DNA from: Lactobacillales bacterium
Lineage (GTDB): Bacteria > Bacillota > Bacilli > Lactobacillales > Vagococcaceae
DNA length: 60,678 nt
Direction of reading: 5' to 3'
Assembly: GCA_015654945.1 (NCBI GenBank)
Contig: JAATGB010000166.1
Location: 1-60,678, forward strand
In this document: positions 35,304-48,518 of the stretch, piece after piece
Layout: each line of letters begins with the position of its first letter
Numbering within the stretch: the stretch's first letter is position 1
Program-made: the position numbers and the translations under genes
The notes under the pieces: generated by a model
The model's input: only the letters and a program-made list of their open reading frames with translations
Databases searched by the model: none
Told to the model about the DNA's origin: nothing

Positions 35304-35825
35304 ATGGAAAATATTGACATTACAATTCGCAAAGCAATTCCAGATGATGCCAAAGACTTGTTAGCAGTTATGAAAAAAGTTGGCAAAGAAACACCCTATC
35401 TAATTATGGATGAACAGGGCCTTGAGCTTTCTGAAGAAGCCATGCGCCTCAATCTAGAAAACCTTTATAAATCCGAAAATAATGTGCTTCTTGTAGCAGT
35501 TATGGAGAATAAAATAATCGGAACCGCCTCTGTTAAAGCTTCTTATCAAAAAAGAATGGAACATATTGGCGAAGTCGGTATGAGTATCCTAAAAGAATTT
35601 TGGGGCTACGGACTAGGTACCCAGCTTTTAGATGAGATCATTGTCTGGGCGGAAGAAACAAACGTGATCAAACGTTTAGAACTAACGGTGCAGGATCGAA
35701 ACATACGCGCAATACATCTCTATCGAAAAATTGGTTTTATCGCGGAAGCAACGATGCCTCGAGGAGCAAAAACAGACGATGGTGAATTTTTGGATGTCCT
35801 TTTAATGCGTATGTTGATCGATTAG
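35304..35825 (+). CDS. GNAT family N-acetyltransferase
   Basis: 173 aa; ..WGYGLGTQLL.. acetyl-CoA binding motif. Confidence 0.8.
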   Translation: MENIDITIRKAIPDDAKDLLAVMKKVGKETPYLIMDEQGLELSEEAMRLNLENLYKSENNVLLVAVMENKIIGTASVKASYQKRMEHIGEVGMSILKEFWGYGLGTQLLDEIIVWAEETNVIKRLELTVQDRNIRAIHLYRKIGFIAEATMPRGAKTDDGEFLDVLLMRMLID

Positions 35826-35844
35826 CGGAACTTTATCTTTAATA

Positions 35845-35894
35845 AAAAGTGAGCGATACAAATCTGGTTAAGATTTGTACGACTCACTTTTTTT
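35845..35894 (+). terminator. Intrinsic terminator
   Basis: AAAAGTGAGCGATACAAATCT..AGATTTGTACGACTCACTTTTTTT. Confidence 0.85.
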
Positions 35895-35896
35895 AG

Positions 35897-36177
35897 TTAT
35901 CCACAAAAAGAAAAAAAACTGTGCATTAGTTTGTGCATTCTTTTATTTATTTTGTCTTAATTTTGATACTTTTTATTCTTTTACCCACAAATTAACAGAA
36001 TGTCCAAAAGTTATCCACAGCAAAAGAAAAACCTGTTCATATCTCTTCTAAACCTGATTAAATCAAGTTTAGTTATCCACAGACATCTGCGCATTTTTTT
36101 TAGTTTCTCATTTTTATCCACCAATTCAGGCTTTTATGTGGATAAGTTTTATTACAGTTGTTTATCTTTTTTCCACA
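35897..36177. other. oriC, upstream DnaA-box cluster
   Basis: Perfect TTATCCACA at 35897, 36011 and 36073, and inverted at 36137. One-mismatch boxes at 35981, 36114 and 36169. Confidence 0.85.
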
Positions 36178-36255
36178 GGTTACGAAAATCAGTGGAAAAC
36201 TTTTTTTTTTAATGCTAAAATTAGAAAGAACACGCTTAGAAAAGGAGGCTTGAAT

Positions 36256-37596
36256 ATGCCCGATATTGAGTACATATGGAAGGAACTGGAAGATAGCTAC
36301 CGTGCCATATTAACAACCCCAAGTTTTAATGCATGGATTGAACAGGCAAATCCTCTTAGTCTAGAAAATAATCAATTAATTATAGAAGTTCCTTCCACGC
36401 TTCATAAAGAATATTGGGAAAAAAATTTGGCTTCTAAAATTGTAGAAACTGGATTTAAACTTACTGGTACTGAAATTACTCCCATATTTGTCATTCATAA
36501 TGAACTAGAACAGGCCGCAGAACCCATTAAGATTGCCACACCTATTTCAGATATCGCAAAACAAAATAGCCGGAAAGCTTTATTAAATCCTAAATATACC
36601 TTTGACACCTTTGTTATCGGAAAAGGAAACCAAATGGCCCACGCTGCTGCCCTTGTAGTTGCGGAAGACCCAGGATCGACCTACAACCCTCTTTTTTTCT
36701 ATGGAGGCGTTGGCTTAGGTAAAACCCATTTAATGCATGCGATCGGCCATCAAATGCTCTTAAATAATCCTTCTGCTAAGATAAAATATGTCAGCAGTGA
36801 AACCTTTGCAAACGACTTTATCAATTCGATTCAAAATCGAACATCTGAAGCCTTTCGTCAAGAATATCGAAATGTCGACCTGTTACTCGTTGATGATATT
36901 CAGTTTTTTGCGGATAAAGAAGGAACCCAAGAAGAATTTTTCCATACATTTAATTCATTGTATAATGATGGAAAACAAATTGTCTTAACGAGTGATCGTT
37001 TACCAAATGAAATCCCAAAATTGCAAGAACGTCTCGTATCTCGCTTTGCTTGGGGACTTTCTGTAGATATTACACCTCCAGATTTGGAGACAAGAATTGC
37101 TATCCTCAGAAAAAAAGCAGATGCGGAACGACTTGAAATTCCGGATGATACCTTAAGTTATATTGCTGGTCAAATTGATTCAAATATTCGTGAGTTAGAA
37201 GGCGCATTGGTACGGGTCCAAGCATATGCGACAATGAACGGCAACGATATCTCCACAAGCCTTGCAGCCGATGCCTTAAAAACACTAAAACCAGCTGGTC
37301 AAAGCAATCATCTTTCTATTTTAACGATTCAAGAAGAAGTCTGTAAATATTATCATATCCAGTTAAAAGACCTTAAAGGAAAAAAACGGGTGAAAAATAT
37401 TGTCGTTCCTAGACAAATTTCAATGTATCTTTCCCGCGAACTAACAGATAACTCGTTACCAAAAATTGGCGCGGAATTTGGTGGTAAAGATCATACAACT
37501 GTCATTCATGCTCATGAAAAAATTGAACAACTATTAAAAACTGACAGTACCATGCAAAAGGAAATCAGTGAAATCAAAAATGGGCTACTTTCATAG
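36256..37596 (+). CDS. dnaA: Chromosomal replication initiator protein DnaA
   Basis: 446 aa from ATG 36256 after AAAGGAGG; AAA+ [19 protein letters not shown]-terminal DnaA-box binding domain. Confidence 0.97.
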   Translation: MPDIEYIWKELEDSYRAILTTPSFNAWIEQANPLSLENNQLIIEVPSTLHKEYWEKNLASKIVETGFKLTGTEITPIFVIHNELEQAAEPIKIATPISDIAKQNSRKALLNPKYTFDTFVIGKGNQMAHAAALVVAEDPGSTYNPLFFYGGVGLGKTHLMHAIGHQMLLNNPSAKIKYVSSETFANDFINSIQNRTSEAFRQEYRNVDLLLVDDIQFFADKEGTQEEFFHTFNSLYNDGKQIVLTSDRLPNEIPKLQERLVSRFAWGLSVDITPPDLETRIAILRKKADAERLEIPDDTLSYIAGQIDSNIRELEGALVRVQAYATMNGNDISTSLAADALKTLKPAGQSNHLSILTIQEEVCKYYHIQLKDLKGKKRVKNIVVPRQISMYLSRELTDNSLPKIGAEFGGKDHTTVIHAHEKIEQLLKTDSTMQKEISEIKNGLLS

Positions 37597-37750
37597 TGTG
37601 GATAACTTATCAAATTAAAAAAAGTTATCCACATGTTATCCACATGGCAAAACAAGTTATTGCTCTAAGGTTATATTTAGTTTCCCACAGTATCCACAGT
37701 ACCTACTACTACTATTATTTTATTAATTAATATATTATAAAAGTTATCAA
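37597..37750. other. oriC, downstream DnaA-box cluster plus AT-rich unwinding region
   Basis: Perfect boxes at 37597 (inverted), 37625 and 37636. Degenerate boxes at 37681 and 37690. Then TAC TAC TAC TAT TAT (37704-37718) and a nearly pure A/T stretch to 37750. Confidence 0.85.
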
Positions 37751-37772
37751 TTAAAAGGAGTGTCTACTTATC

Positions 37773-38903
37773 ATGAAATTCACAGTGAATCGAAATGCTT
37801 TTTTAGCGGAATTAGCAACAGTCCAAAGAGCCATTTCTTCTAAAACAACAATCCCTATTCTTACAGGTGTTAAAATTGTCTTATCAGCAGATGGTTTGTC
37901 CTTAACTGGAAGCAATGCAGATATTTCGATCGAAACTTTTTTATCAATTGAAGATGAAAAAGCCGAATTAACCATTGAAAAAAACGGTGCGATTGTACTC
38001 CAAGCACGTTTCTTCAATGAAATTATTCGCAAATTACCTGAAACGACATTAACAATGGAAGTTCTTGAAAACAATCAAGTCCATATTATTTCAGGAAAAG
38101 CAGCGTTTACCGTTAATGGATTAGATGCAGATAGTTACCCACATTTACCTGTAATTGATGAAAAGAACCAATTAAAATTACCGGTGCGCGTTTTAAATAA
38201 AATCATTAACGAAACGACTTTTGCAGTCTCTTTACATGAAAGTCGCCCGATCCTAACAGGTGTTCACTGTATCTTAAGTTCAGCTAAATTATTAGCAGTA
38301 GCGACGGATAGCCATCGTTTGAGTCAAAGAATTATTCCTGTCGAACAAGCAATGGAAGATTTTGATGTCGTCATTCCAGGTAAAAGTCTTTTGGAGCTTT
38401 CTCGCTCATTTAAAGACGAGGAAGAGCTTGTTGAAATTAGTATTATGGAAAATCAAGTTTTATTTAAGACGAAAAATATGTATTTCTATTCTCGCTTATT
38501 GGAAGGAAATTACCCAGATACGAACCGCTTAATTCCAGACAATTTTAATACGGAAATCGAGTTTAAAGTTACTGAACTTTTAGCAGCTATTGAACGTGCT
38601 TCTTTGCTTTCACATGAAGGTCGAAATAATATCGTTAAACTATCTATTTCTTCGGAAAGTGTTGTCTTGTATGGAAATTCACCAGAAATTGGGAATGTTG
38701 AAGAAGATCTTTCTTATAAGAATGTAAAAGGTGATCCATTAGATATCTCTTTCAATCCAGATTATATGAAAGCTGCTTTGAAAGCATTTGGTGAAGGGGA
38801 AGTCGTCGTTAAATTTATTTCACCTATTCGACCTTTCACCTTGGAACCAACTGAGTCGGATGCAACATTTATTCAACTTATTACGCCTGTCCGAACCAAT
38901 TAA
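37773..38903 (+). CDS. dnaN: DNA polymerase III beta sliding clamp
   Basis: 376 aa; three-domain clamp; conserved dnaA-dnaN order. Confidence 0.97.
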   Translation: MKFTVNRNAFLAELATVQRAISSKTTIPILTGVKIVLSADGLSLTGSNADISIETFLSIEDEKAELTIEKNGAIVLQARFFNEIIRKLPETTLTMEVLENNQVHIISGKAAFTVNGLDADSYPHLPVIDEKNQLKLPVRVLNKIINETTFAVSLHESRPILTGVHCILSSAKLLAVATDSHRLSQRIIPVEQAMEDFDVVIPGKSLLELSRSFKDEEELVEISIMENQVLFKTKNMYFYSRLLEGNYPDTNRLIPDNFNTEIEFKVTELLAAIERASLLSHEGRNNIVKLSISSESVVLYGNSPEIGNVEEDLSYKNVKGDPLDISFNPDYMKAALKAFGEGEVVVKFISPIRPFTLEPTESDATFIQLITPVRTN

Positions 38904-38925
38904 TTAAAAAAAATTAAATTTTGCT

Positions 38926-38961
38926 AAAGATCCATGAAAAATTTCATGGATCTTTTTTTTT
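38926..38961 (+). terminator. Intrinsic terminator after dnaN
   Basis: AAAGATCCATGAAA..TTTCATGGATCTTT followed by a T-run. Confidence 0.9.
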
Positions 38962-39131
38962 AACAAAAAACCTTCTTAAAATCGTTTGTGAGAGATTTTT
39001 ATAAAAAAAGGTAAAAACTATCTATTTGCTAGAAAAATGCTCAAAACGAAAAATAATAATATAAATTTGTTTTTCTTGGTAAAAAACGCTATAATAAGAA
39101 GGTAGATTGTGGATGAAAAGAAGGTGCAATA

Positions 39132-39361
39132 GTGAAACAAAATTTTCAATTAAAAACTGAATATATTACATTGGGCCAATTATTAAAAGAGCTAAACGAA
39201 ATTTCTAGCGGTGGGATGGCTAAATGGTACTTACAAGAAAATGTTATTTTTGTGGATGGTGAACCTGAAAATCGCCGTGGACGTAAATTATACGGTGGCA
39301 TGATGGTTGAGATACCCACACAAGGTACTTTTTTTATGGAAAAAAATGAGGATATTCTTGA

Positions 39362-39365
<4 letters not shown>
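39132..39365 (+). CDS. yaaA: S4-domain RNA-binding protein YaaA
   Basis: 77 aa; GTG start; conserved position between dnaN and recF. Confidence 0.85.
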
Positions 39366-42435
<3,070 letters not shown>

Positions 42436-42459
42436 ACAAGAAATTGAGGAGAAAGAGAC

Positions 42460-44943
42460 ATGGCAGAAGAAAAGAAAGAAAATATTCAAGAAGTCAATTT
42501 ATCCAATGAGATGCGCGAATCTTTTATTGATTATGCAATGAGTGTTATTGTTTCTCGTGCGCTACCAGATGTAAGAGATGGCTTGAAGCCCGTTCATAGA
42601 AGAATCCTTTACGGCATGAATGAATTAGGGGTTACACCAGACAAAGCGCATAAAAAATCAGCCCGGATCGTTGGGGATGTTATGGGGAAATATCATCCTC
42701 ATGGAGATAGTGCAATTTATGAATCCATGGTTAGAATGGCACAACCCTTTAGCTACCGAAATATGTTAGTGGATGGTCATGGTAACTTTGGTTCGGTGGA
42801 TGGAGATGGCGCGGCAGCAATGCGTTATACTGAAGCGAGAATGAGTAAGATTGCTTTAGAAATGTTGCGTGATATTAATAAAAATACGGTGGACTTCCAT
42901 AATAACTATGATGAAACGGAAAGAGAACCAGATGTTCTTCCAGCGCGCTTCCCGAATTTATTAGTAAATGGTACAACAGGGATTGCGGTTGGGATGGCAA
43001 CAAATATTCCGCCACATAATTTAGGGGAAGTGGTAAACGCAATTCATGTTTTAATGGAAAATCCAGAAGCAACAACGGCTGAACTAATGGAAGTTCTTCC
43101 TGGACCTGATTTTCCTACAGGCGGCTTAGTAATGGGCAGATCTGGTATTCGTAGAGCTTACGAAACTGGTAGAGGTTCGATTATTGTTCGGGCAAAAGCT
43201 GAAATCATTGAACAAAAAAATGGCAAGGAAAGAATTTTGGTAACAGAATTACCTTATATGGTGAATAAGGCCAAATTGATTGAGCGAATTGCGGAGCTTG
43301 CCAGAGATAAGCGAATTGAAGGAATTACCGATTTACGCGATGAATCTTCGCGTGAAGGCATGCGGATTATCATAGATGTTCGTCGTGATGTTAGTGCTTC
43401 TGTGATTTTAAATAATTTATATAAGATGACTTCACTCCAAACGTCTTTTGGTTTTAATATGCTAGCGATTGTAAAGGGTGTTCCTAAGGTTCTAGGCTTA
43501 AAATCAATTTTAGAATACTACTTAGAGCATCAAGAAGAAGTGATTCGTAGAAGAACAGAATTTGATAAGAACAAAGCGGAAGCACGTGCGCATATTTTGG
43601 AAGGCTTGCGGATTGCGTTAGATCACATTGATGAAATCATTAAAATCATTCGTTCTTCTGAATCAGATGATATTGCGAAAAATTCGTTGATTGAACGTTT
43701 TGAATTTTCTGATCGTCAGGCTCAAGCAATTTTGGATATGCGTTTAAGAAGACTTACAGGCTTAGAAAGAGATAAGATTGAAAAAGAATATCAAGAATTA
43801 TTAGCGTTTATTACTGATTTAAAAGATATTTTGGCCAATCATTCACGCGTACTTGAAATTATTCAAACAGAATTAGAAGACATTAAAACGCGCTTCGGTG
43901 ATCCAAGACGGACGGAATTACTCGTAGGAGAGGTTTTAAGCTTAGAAGACGAGGACTTAATAGAAGAAGAAGATGTCGTGATTACATTGACGCATAACGG
44001 CTATATCAAGCGTTTAGCAAGCAATGAGTTCCGTTCACAACGACGAGGAGGTCGCGGTATCCAAGGAATGGGTGTTCACGATGATGATTTTGTGGAAAAC
44101 CTTGTATCTTGTTCTACGCATGATGTTTTATTATTCTTTACGAATACTGGGAAAGTTTACCAAGCGAAAGGATATGAAATTCCTGAATATGGTCGAACTG
44201 CCAAAGGAATTCCAGTGATTAATTTGCTGGGGGTTGATTCAGCAGAAAAAATCCAAGCTATTATCAATGTAGAAGGAAAAACACCAGAGGGGCAATTCCT
44301 CTTCTTTACGACAAGGTTAGGTACAGTCAAGAGAACCGCTGTTAGTGCTTTTTCAAACATTCGTAGTAATGGTCTAAAGGCTATTTCACTTAAAGAAGAG
44401 GATGAATTGATTAATGTTTCTTTAACAGATGGTCAAAAGAACATTATTATTGGCACGCATAACGGTTATTCTGTTACCTTTGCGGAGTCTGCTGTGAGAG
44501 ACATGGGAAGAACCGCTTCTGGTGTACGCGGCATTCGGTTAAGAGAAGGAGACTACGTTGTCGGTATGGATATTTTGGATCTAGATCGAGAAGTCCTTGT
44601 TATTACTGAAAAAGGCTATGGCAAGCGCACAGCAGCGAGTGAATATCCAGTTAAAGGTCGCGGCGGAAAGGGAATAAAAACCGCTAATATTACAGTTAAA
44701 AATGGTCCGCTCGCAGGTCTAACGACTGTAAATGGAGAAGAAGATATTTTGCTGATTACCAATAGAGGCGTGATTATTCGTTTTAGTGTAGATACAGTTT
44801 CGCAAACAGGACGATCTACTCAAGGAGTTCGCTTGATTCGCTTAGAAGAAGATGGTCATGTTGCGACGATGGCAAAAGTTAATTCTGAAGAAGAGATAGT
44901 GGAATCAGGAGAAACCGAAACCGAAGAAAAAGGAACAGAATAA
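42460..44943 (+). CDS. gyrA: DNA gyrase subunit A
   Basis: 827 aa; active-site region AAMRYTE; QRDR ..[10 protein letters not shown]..; C-terminal beta-pinwheel repeats. Confidence 0.97.
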   Translation: MAEEKKENIQEVNLSNEMRESFIDYAMSVIVSRALPDVRDGLKPVHRRILYGMNELGVTPDKAHKKSARIVGDVMGKYHPHGDSAIYESMVRMAQPFSYRNMLVDGHGNFGSVDGDGAAAMRYTEARMSKIALEMLRDINKNTVDFHNNYDETEREPDVLPARFPNLLVNGTTGIAVGMATNIPPHNLGEVVNAIHVLMENPEATTAELMEVLPGPDFPTGGLVMGRSGIRRAYETGRGSIIVRAKAEIIEQKNGKERILVTELPYMVNKAKLIERIAELARDKRIEGITDLRDESSREGMRIIIDVRRDVSASVILNNLYKMTSLQTSFGFNMLAIVKGVPKVLGLKSILEYYLEHQEEVIRRRTEFDKNKAEARAHILEGLRIALDHIDEIIKIIRSSESDDIAKNSLIERFEFSDRQAQAILDMRLRRLTGLERDKIEKEYQELLAFITDLKDILANHSRVLEIIQTELEDIKTRFGDPRRTELLVGEVLSLEDEDLIEEEDVVITLTHNGYIKRLASNEFRSQRRGGRGIQGMGVHDDDFVENLVSCSTHDVLLFFTNTGKVYQAKGYEIPEYGRTAKGIPVINLLGVDSAEKIQAIINVEGKTPEGQFLFFTTRLGTVKRTAVSAFSNIRSNGLKAISLKEEDELINVSLTDGQKNIIIGTHNGYSVTFAESAVRDMGRTASGVRGIRLREGDYVVGMDILDLDREVLVITEKGYGKRTAASEYPVKGRGGKGIKTANITVKNGPLAGLTTVNGEEDILLITNRGVIIRFSVDTVSQTGRSTQGVRLIRLEEDGHVATMAKVNSEEEIVESGETETEEKGTE

Positions 44944-44972
44944 GCGATTGAAGCAAAGCGTAGATTTTTATA

Positions 44973-45010
44973 GCACTTCTAAAAGGCTAACCTTTTAGAA
45001 GTGCGTTTTT
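44973..45010 (+). terminator. Intrinsic terminator after gyrA
   Basis: GCACTTCTAAAAGG..CCTTTTAGAAGTGC followed by GTTTTT. Confidence 0.9.
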
Positions 45011-45098
45011 ATCGGATAAATAATGATTTTACTATTGATTTTAAAGGTGTTTCATAGTATAGTAATTAGATGTGAGTAATCTATTTTAATAGAAAACT

Positions 45099-45141
45099 CT
45101 CCTTGTTCTTACAGTAAGTAAGAACCTAAGTCCATAAGGAG
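45099..45141 (+). promoter_or_regulatory. rpsF leader: hairpin plus anti-Shine-Dalgarno pairing
   Basis: CTCCTT (45099-45104) is complementary to AAGGAG (45136-45141). It encloses the hairpin GTTCTTAC-AGTA-AGTAAGAAC (45105-45125). Confidence 0.45.
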
Positions 45142-45151
45142 GTGAAAATCA

Positions 45152-45451
45152 ATGAGTCAAGTAACGAAGTACGAAATTTTGTACATCATTCGTCCGAACA
45201 TTGATGAGGAAGCAAAGACAGCTTTAGTAGAACGTTTTGATACTATTTTAAAAGAAAACGGTTCTGAAGTGGCGGAGTCTAAGGATTGGGAAAAACGTCG
45301 TTTAGCGTATGAAATTAATAATTTCCGCGAAGGCATTTACCACATCGTAAAAGTTTCTTCTGAAGATGCTAAAGGAATCAATGAATTTGATCGTTTAGCA
45401 AAAATCAATGAAGATATCATTAGACATATGATCGTCAAAGAAGAAGTGTAA
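45152..45451 (+). CDS. rpsF: 30S ribosomal protein S6
   Basis: 99 aa; YEILYIIRP opening. Confidence 0.97.
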   Translation: MSQVTKYEILYIIRPNIDEEAKTALVERFDTILKENGSEVAESKDWEKRRLAYEINNFREGIYHIVKVSSEDAKGINEFDRLAKINEDIIRHMIVKEEV

Positions 45452-45461
45452 ATAAAACCAA

Positions 45462-45484
45462 AATGTTTCACGTGAAACATTAAA
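45462..45484. repeat. Copy 1 of a 23-nt element with an 18-bp perfect palindrome
   Basis: AATGTTTCACGTGAAACATTAAA; identical to 46340-46362. Confidence 0.9.
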
Positions 45485-45501
45485 TGAAGGGAGATGGACA
45501 A

Positions 45502-46029
45502 ATGATTAACAATGTTGTTTTGGTAGGTAGATTAACAAAAGATCCTGATTTGCGTTATACAGCAAGTGGTTCAGCAGTTGCTACATTCACTTTAGCAGTA
45601 AATAGAAACTTTACGAATCAAAGTGGAAATCGTGAAGCAGATTTTATTAATTGTGTTCTTTGGAGAAAACCAGCGGAAACTTTGGCTAATTATGCTCGGA
45701 AAGGTACTTTACTGGGTGTCACAGGACGTATTCAAACGCGTAACTATGAAAACCAACAAGGTCAGCGAGTATATGTAACAGAAGTAGTTTGTGAGAATTT
45801 CCAATTATTGGAATCGAAAACAGCTTCTGAACAAAGACAAACAACAGGTGGCGGAGCTTCAGAATACACACAACCAAACGCAAACGGTTATCAACAAACA
45901 GATCAGTCATTTGACCAAGCTTCTACAACTAATCATCAGCAAATTAAAGCGCCTAATTTTGAGAGAAATGCAGATCCATTTAGCGATTCGCCTCAAATAG
46001 ATATTTCTGATGATGATTTACCATTCTAA
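45502..46029 (+). CDS. ssb: Single-stranded DNA-binding protein
   Basis: [17 protein letters not shown]-fold; acidic tip DDDLPF. Confidence 0.95.
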   Translation: MINNVVLVGRLTKDPDLRYTASGSAVATFTLAVNRNFTNQSGNREADFINCVLWRKPAETLANYARKGTLLGVTGRIQTRNYENQQGQRVYVTEVVCENFQLLESKTASEQRQTTGGGASEYTQPNANGYQQTDQSFDQASTTNHQQIKAPNFERNADPFSDSPQIDISDDDLPF

Positions 46030-46052
46030 TTAAAGTCAGGAGGGAAAGCAAA

Positions 46053-46292
46053 ATGGCTCAACAAAGAAGAGGCGGAAAAAAACGCCGTAAGGTTTGTTAT
46101 TTTACCGCTAATCACATTGAACATATTGATTATAAAGATGTTGAATTATTAAAAAAATTCATTTCTGAAAGAGGTAAAATCTTACCTCGTCGCGTTACAG
46201 GTACATCTGCTAAATACCAACGTAAATTAACAATTGCAATTAAACGTTCTCGTATTATGGGATTATTACCTTTCGTCGGAGAAGAAGTATAA
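46053..46292 (+). CDS. rpsR: 30S ribosomal protein S18
   Basis: 79 aa; [14 protein letters not shown] motif. Confidence 0.97.
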   Translation: MAQQRRGGKKRRKVCYFTANHIEHIDYKDVELLKKFISERGKILPRRVTGTSAKYQRKLTIAIKRSRIMGLLPFVGEEV

Positions 46293-46305
46293 TAAAAAAT
46301 AAGAG

Positions 46306-46339
46306 AGATCACACAGAAATTCCTGTGTGATCTTTTTTT
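46306..46339 (+). terminator. Intrinsic terminator after rpsR
   Basis: AGATCACACAG..CTGTGTGATCT followed by T-run. Confidence 0.9.
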
Positions 46340-46362
46340 AATGTTTCACGTGAAACATTAAA
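46340..46362. repeat. Copy 2 of the 23-nt palindromic element
   Basis: AATGTTTCACGTGAAACATTAAA; abuts the rpsR terminator T-run. Confidence 0.9.
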
Positions 46363-46450
46363 AATAATCTATAGAATAGTGGTCGCCTGATAGCTTAATC
46401 TATGATAGAATAGAGTAGATATAATGATGGTCTAAGGAGTGTTTAACTAT

Positions 46451-46906
46451 ATGAAAGTTATATTTTTAGCAGATGTAAAGGGAAAAGGAAAAAAAGGTGA
46501 TGTGAAAGAGGTTGCCTCTGGTTATGCACAAAACTATTTAATTAAAAATGGACTAGCAAAAGAAGCAACGAAAAGCAGTGTTAGTGCGCTAGCTGGACAA
46601 AAAAAAGCGCAAGAAAAACATGAAATGGAAATAGAAGCGGAAGCAGCGAAATTAAAAGAAAAAATCGAAAATGAAGATTTTGAAGTTTTAATTAATGCAA
46701 AAGCTGGTGAAGATGGCCGTTTATTTGGATCTATTCCATCAAAACAAATTACAGAAGCCTTAGTCACTCAACATGATTTAAAAGTAGATAAAAGAAAAAT
46801 GGAACTACCACAACCAATTCGTGCTTTAGGCTACACAAAGGTTCCTGTGAAACTACATCCTAAGGTGACCGCAGTTTTAAAAGTTCATGTAGTTGAAGAA
46901 AATTAA
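46451..46906 (+). CDS. rplI: 50S ribosomal protein L9
   Basis: [21 protein letters not shown] opening; followed by dnaB as usual. Confidence 0.95.
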   Translation: MKVIFLADVKGKGKKGDVKEVASGYAQNYLIKNGLAKEATKSSVSALAGQKKAQEKHEMEIEAEAAKLKEKIENEDFEVLINAKAGEDGRLFGSIPSKQITEALVTQHDLKVDKRKMELPQPIRALGYTKVPVKLHPKVTAVLKVHVVEEN

Positions 46907-46971
46907 AAGAACATAATGTTCTTTTTTTATTCTATTGAGAATGAGTTTGGATGGACATAGGAGAGAGAGAA

Positions 46972-48348
46972 ATGAGTGAAATATGGCAAGATAGGCTCCC
47001 ACCGCAAGATATAGATGCAGAACAAGCTGTTTTGGGTTCGGTTTTTTTAGAAGCAGATGCAGTTGTCGAAGCAAGGGAGTACATAGAACCAAAAGATTTT
47101 TACCGAAGAGGGCATCAATTGATTTTCGAAACAATGATCACATTGAATGATAAAAACGAAGCTATTGATGTTATTACTGTGAAAAATCAATTGGAAACAG
47201 ATAATCTGTTGGAAGATATAGGAGGTTTGAGCTATCTTTCCGAGCTGGCGTTGTCTGTTCCAACTGCAGCTAATATTTCTTATTATGCAAAAATAGTCGA
47301 GCAAAAATCTTTATTACGAAATCTAATTCAAACAGCGACTGATATCGTCAGTAAGGGGTTTGAACAAGGCGATGAAGTTGAAGCAATTTTAGATGATGCA
47401 GAGCGAAGAATATTAGAAGTTTCGGAAAAAAGAAATAGAAGCGGTTTTCTTTCTATCTCAGAAGTCTTAAATACAACAATTACACAAATTGATAAATTAT
47501 CGCAACAAAAAGAAGAGATTACGGGATTGCCGACAGGTTATAAGGCATTGGACTTGATGACAGCTGGATTGCAACCGGAAGAACTTATTATTTTAGCTGC
47601 CCGACCTGCTGTCGGTAAAACTGCTTTCGCATTAAATATTGCGCAAAATGTGGGTACAAAAACGGATAAGGCTGTAGCTATTTTTAGTTTGGAAATGGGA
47701 GCTGAATCGCTAGTAAACCGGATGCTGTGCTCGGAAGGATCAATCGATGCGAGTCATTTGAGAACGGGGCAGTTATCAGAAGAAGAGTGGCAAAATTTAA
47801 TTGTTGCTATGGGAAGTTTATCCAAAGCAAACATTTATATAGACGATACTCCAGGAATCAAAATTTCCGAAATTCGAGCAAAATGCCGTAAACTTGCGCA
47901 AGAAAAGGGAAATTTAGGCCTGATTTTAATTGACTATTTACAATTAATTGAAGGTACTGGTAGGGAAAATCGGCAACAAGAAGTTTCTGAAATATCAAGG
48001 CAGCTGAAAAAATTAGCAAAAGAATTGAAAGTTCCTGTTATTGCGCTTTCTCAGCTTTCACGTGGAGTGGAGCAGAGACAAGATAAGCGACCTGTTTTAA
48101 GTGATATTCGGGAATCGGGATCCATTGAGCAAGATGCAGATATAGTTGCCTTTCTCTATCGCGATGATTATTATGATCGTGAAGGTGGAGAAGATGGAGA
48201 GGGACCTAGCTCCTCAGAACAACAAGAACCAAATAACATTATTGAAGTCATCATTGAAAAAAATAGAAGTGGTGCACGAGGAACAGTTGAGTTACTCTTT
48301 ATCAAAGAATATAATAAGTTTTCTTCTTTATCTTTTAGAGCGGAATAG
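46972..48348 (+). CDS. dnaB: Replicative DNA helicase (DnaB family; DnaC in B. subtilis nomenclature)
   Basis: PPQDIDAEQAVLGS opening; Walker A ARPAVGKTAF; LILIDYLQL. Confidence 0.95.
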   Translation: MSEIWQDRLPPQDIDAEQAVLGSVFLEADAVVEAREYIEPKDFYRRGHQLIFETMITLNDKNEAIDVITVKNQLETDNLLEDIGGLSYLSELALSVPTAANISYYAKIVEQKSLLRNLIQTATDIVSKGFEQGDEVEAILDDAERRILEVSEKRNRSGFLSISEVLNTTITQIDKLSQQKEEITGLPTGYKALDLMTAGLQPEELIILAARPAVGKTAFALNIAQNVGTKTDKAVAIFSLEMGAESLVNRMLCSEGSIDASHLRTGQLSEEEWQNLIVAMGSLSKANIYIDDTPGIKISEIRAKCRKLAQEKGNLGLILIDYLQLIEGTGRENRQQEVSEISRQLKKLAKELKVPVIALSQLSRGVEQRQDKRPVLSDIRESGSIEQDADIVAFLYRDDYYDREGGEDGEGPSSSEQQEPNNIIEVIIEKNRSGARGTVELLFIKEYNKFSSLSFRAE

Positions 48349-48518
48349 CGACTTTGTTCGCTTTTTTCTGCTTTTTTCAATTTTTAACTCAAAAATGTTC
48401 GCATTTAACAGAATTAGGGGATTTTAATTATTTTATTATTCGATTTTTGTTGCTTACATACCTATTTATTGCTAAAATAGATAGGTATGATAAAAGATAA
48501 GGATGAGGTGTGTGTACA

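Noticed and set aside
36000-36212. 70-aa plus-strand ORF upstream of dnaA, and the N-terminal 40 codons of the ORF-track dnaA
   Set aside because: The region is the DnaA-box cluster. The real dnaA start (ATG 36256) has a perfect AAAGGAGG RBS.
48356-48402. Two GTTCGC-containing PurBox-like motifs upstream of purA
   Set aside because: Each has a mismatch to AWWWCCGAACWWT. They are in direct rather than inverted orientation, and the first is part of the dnaB terminator hairpin.
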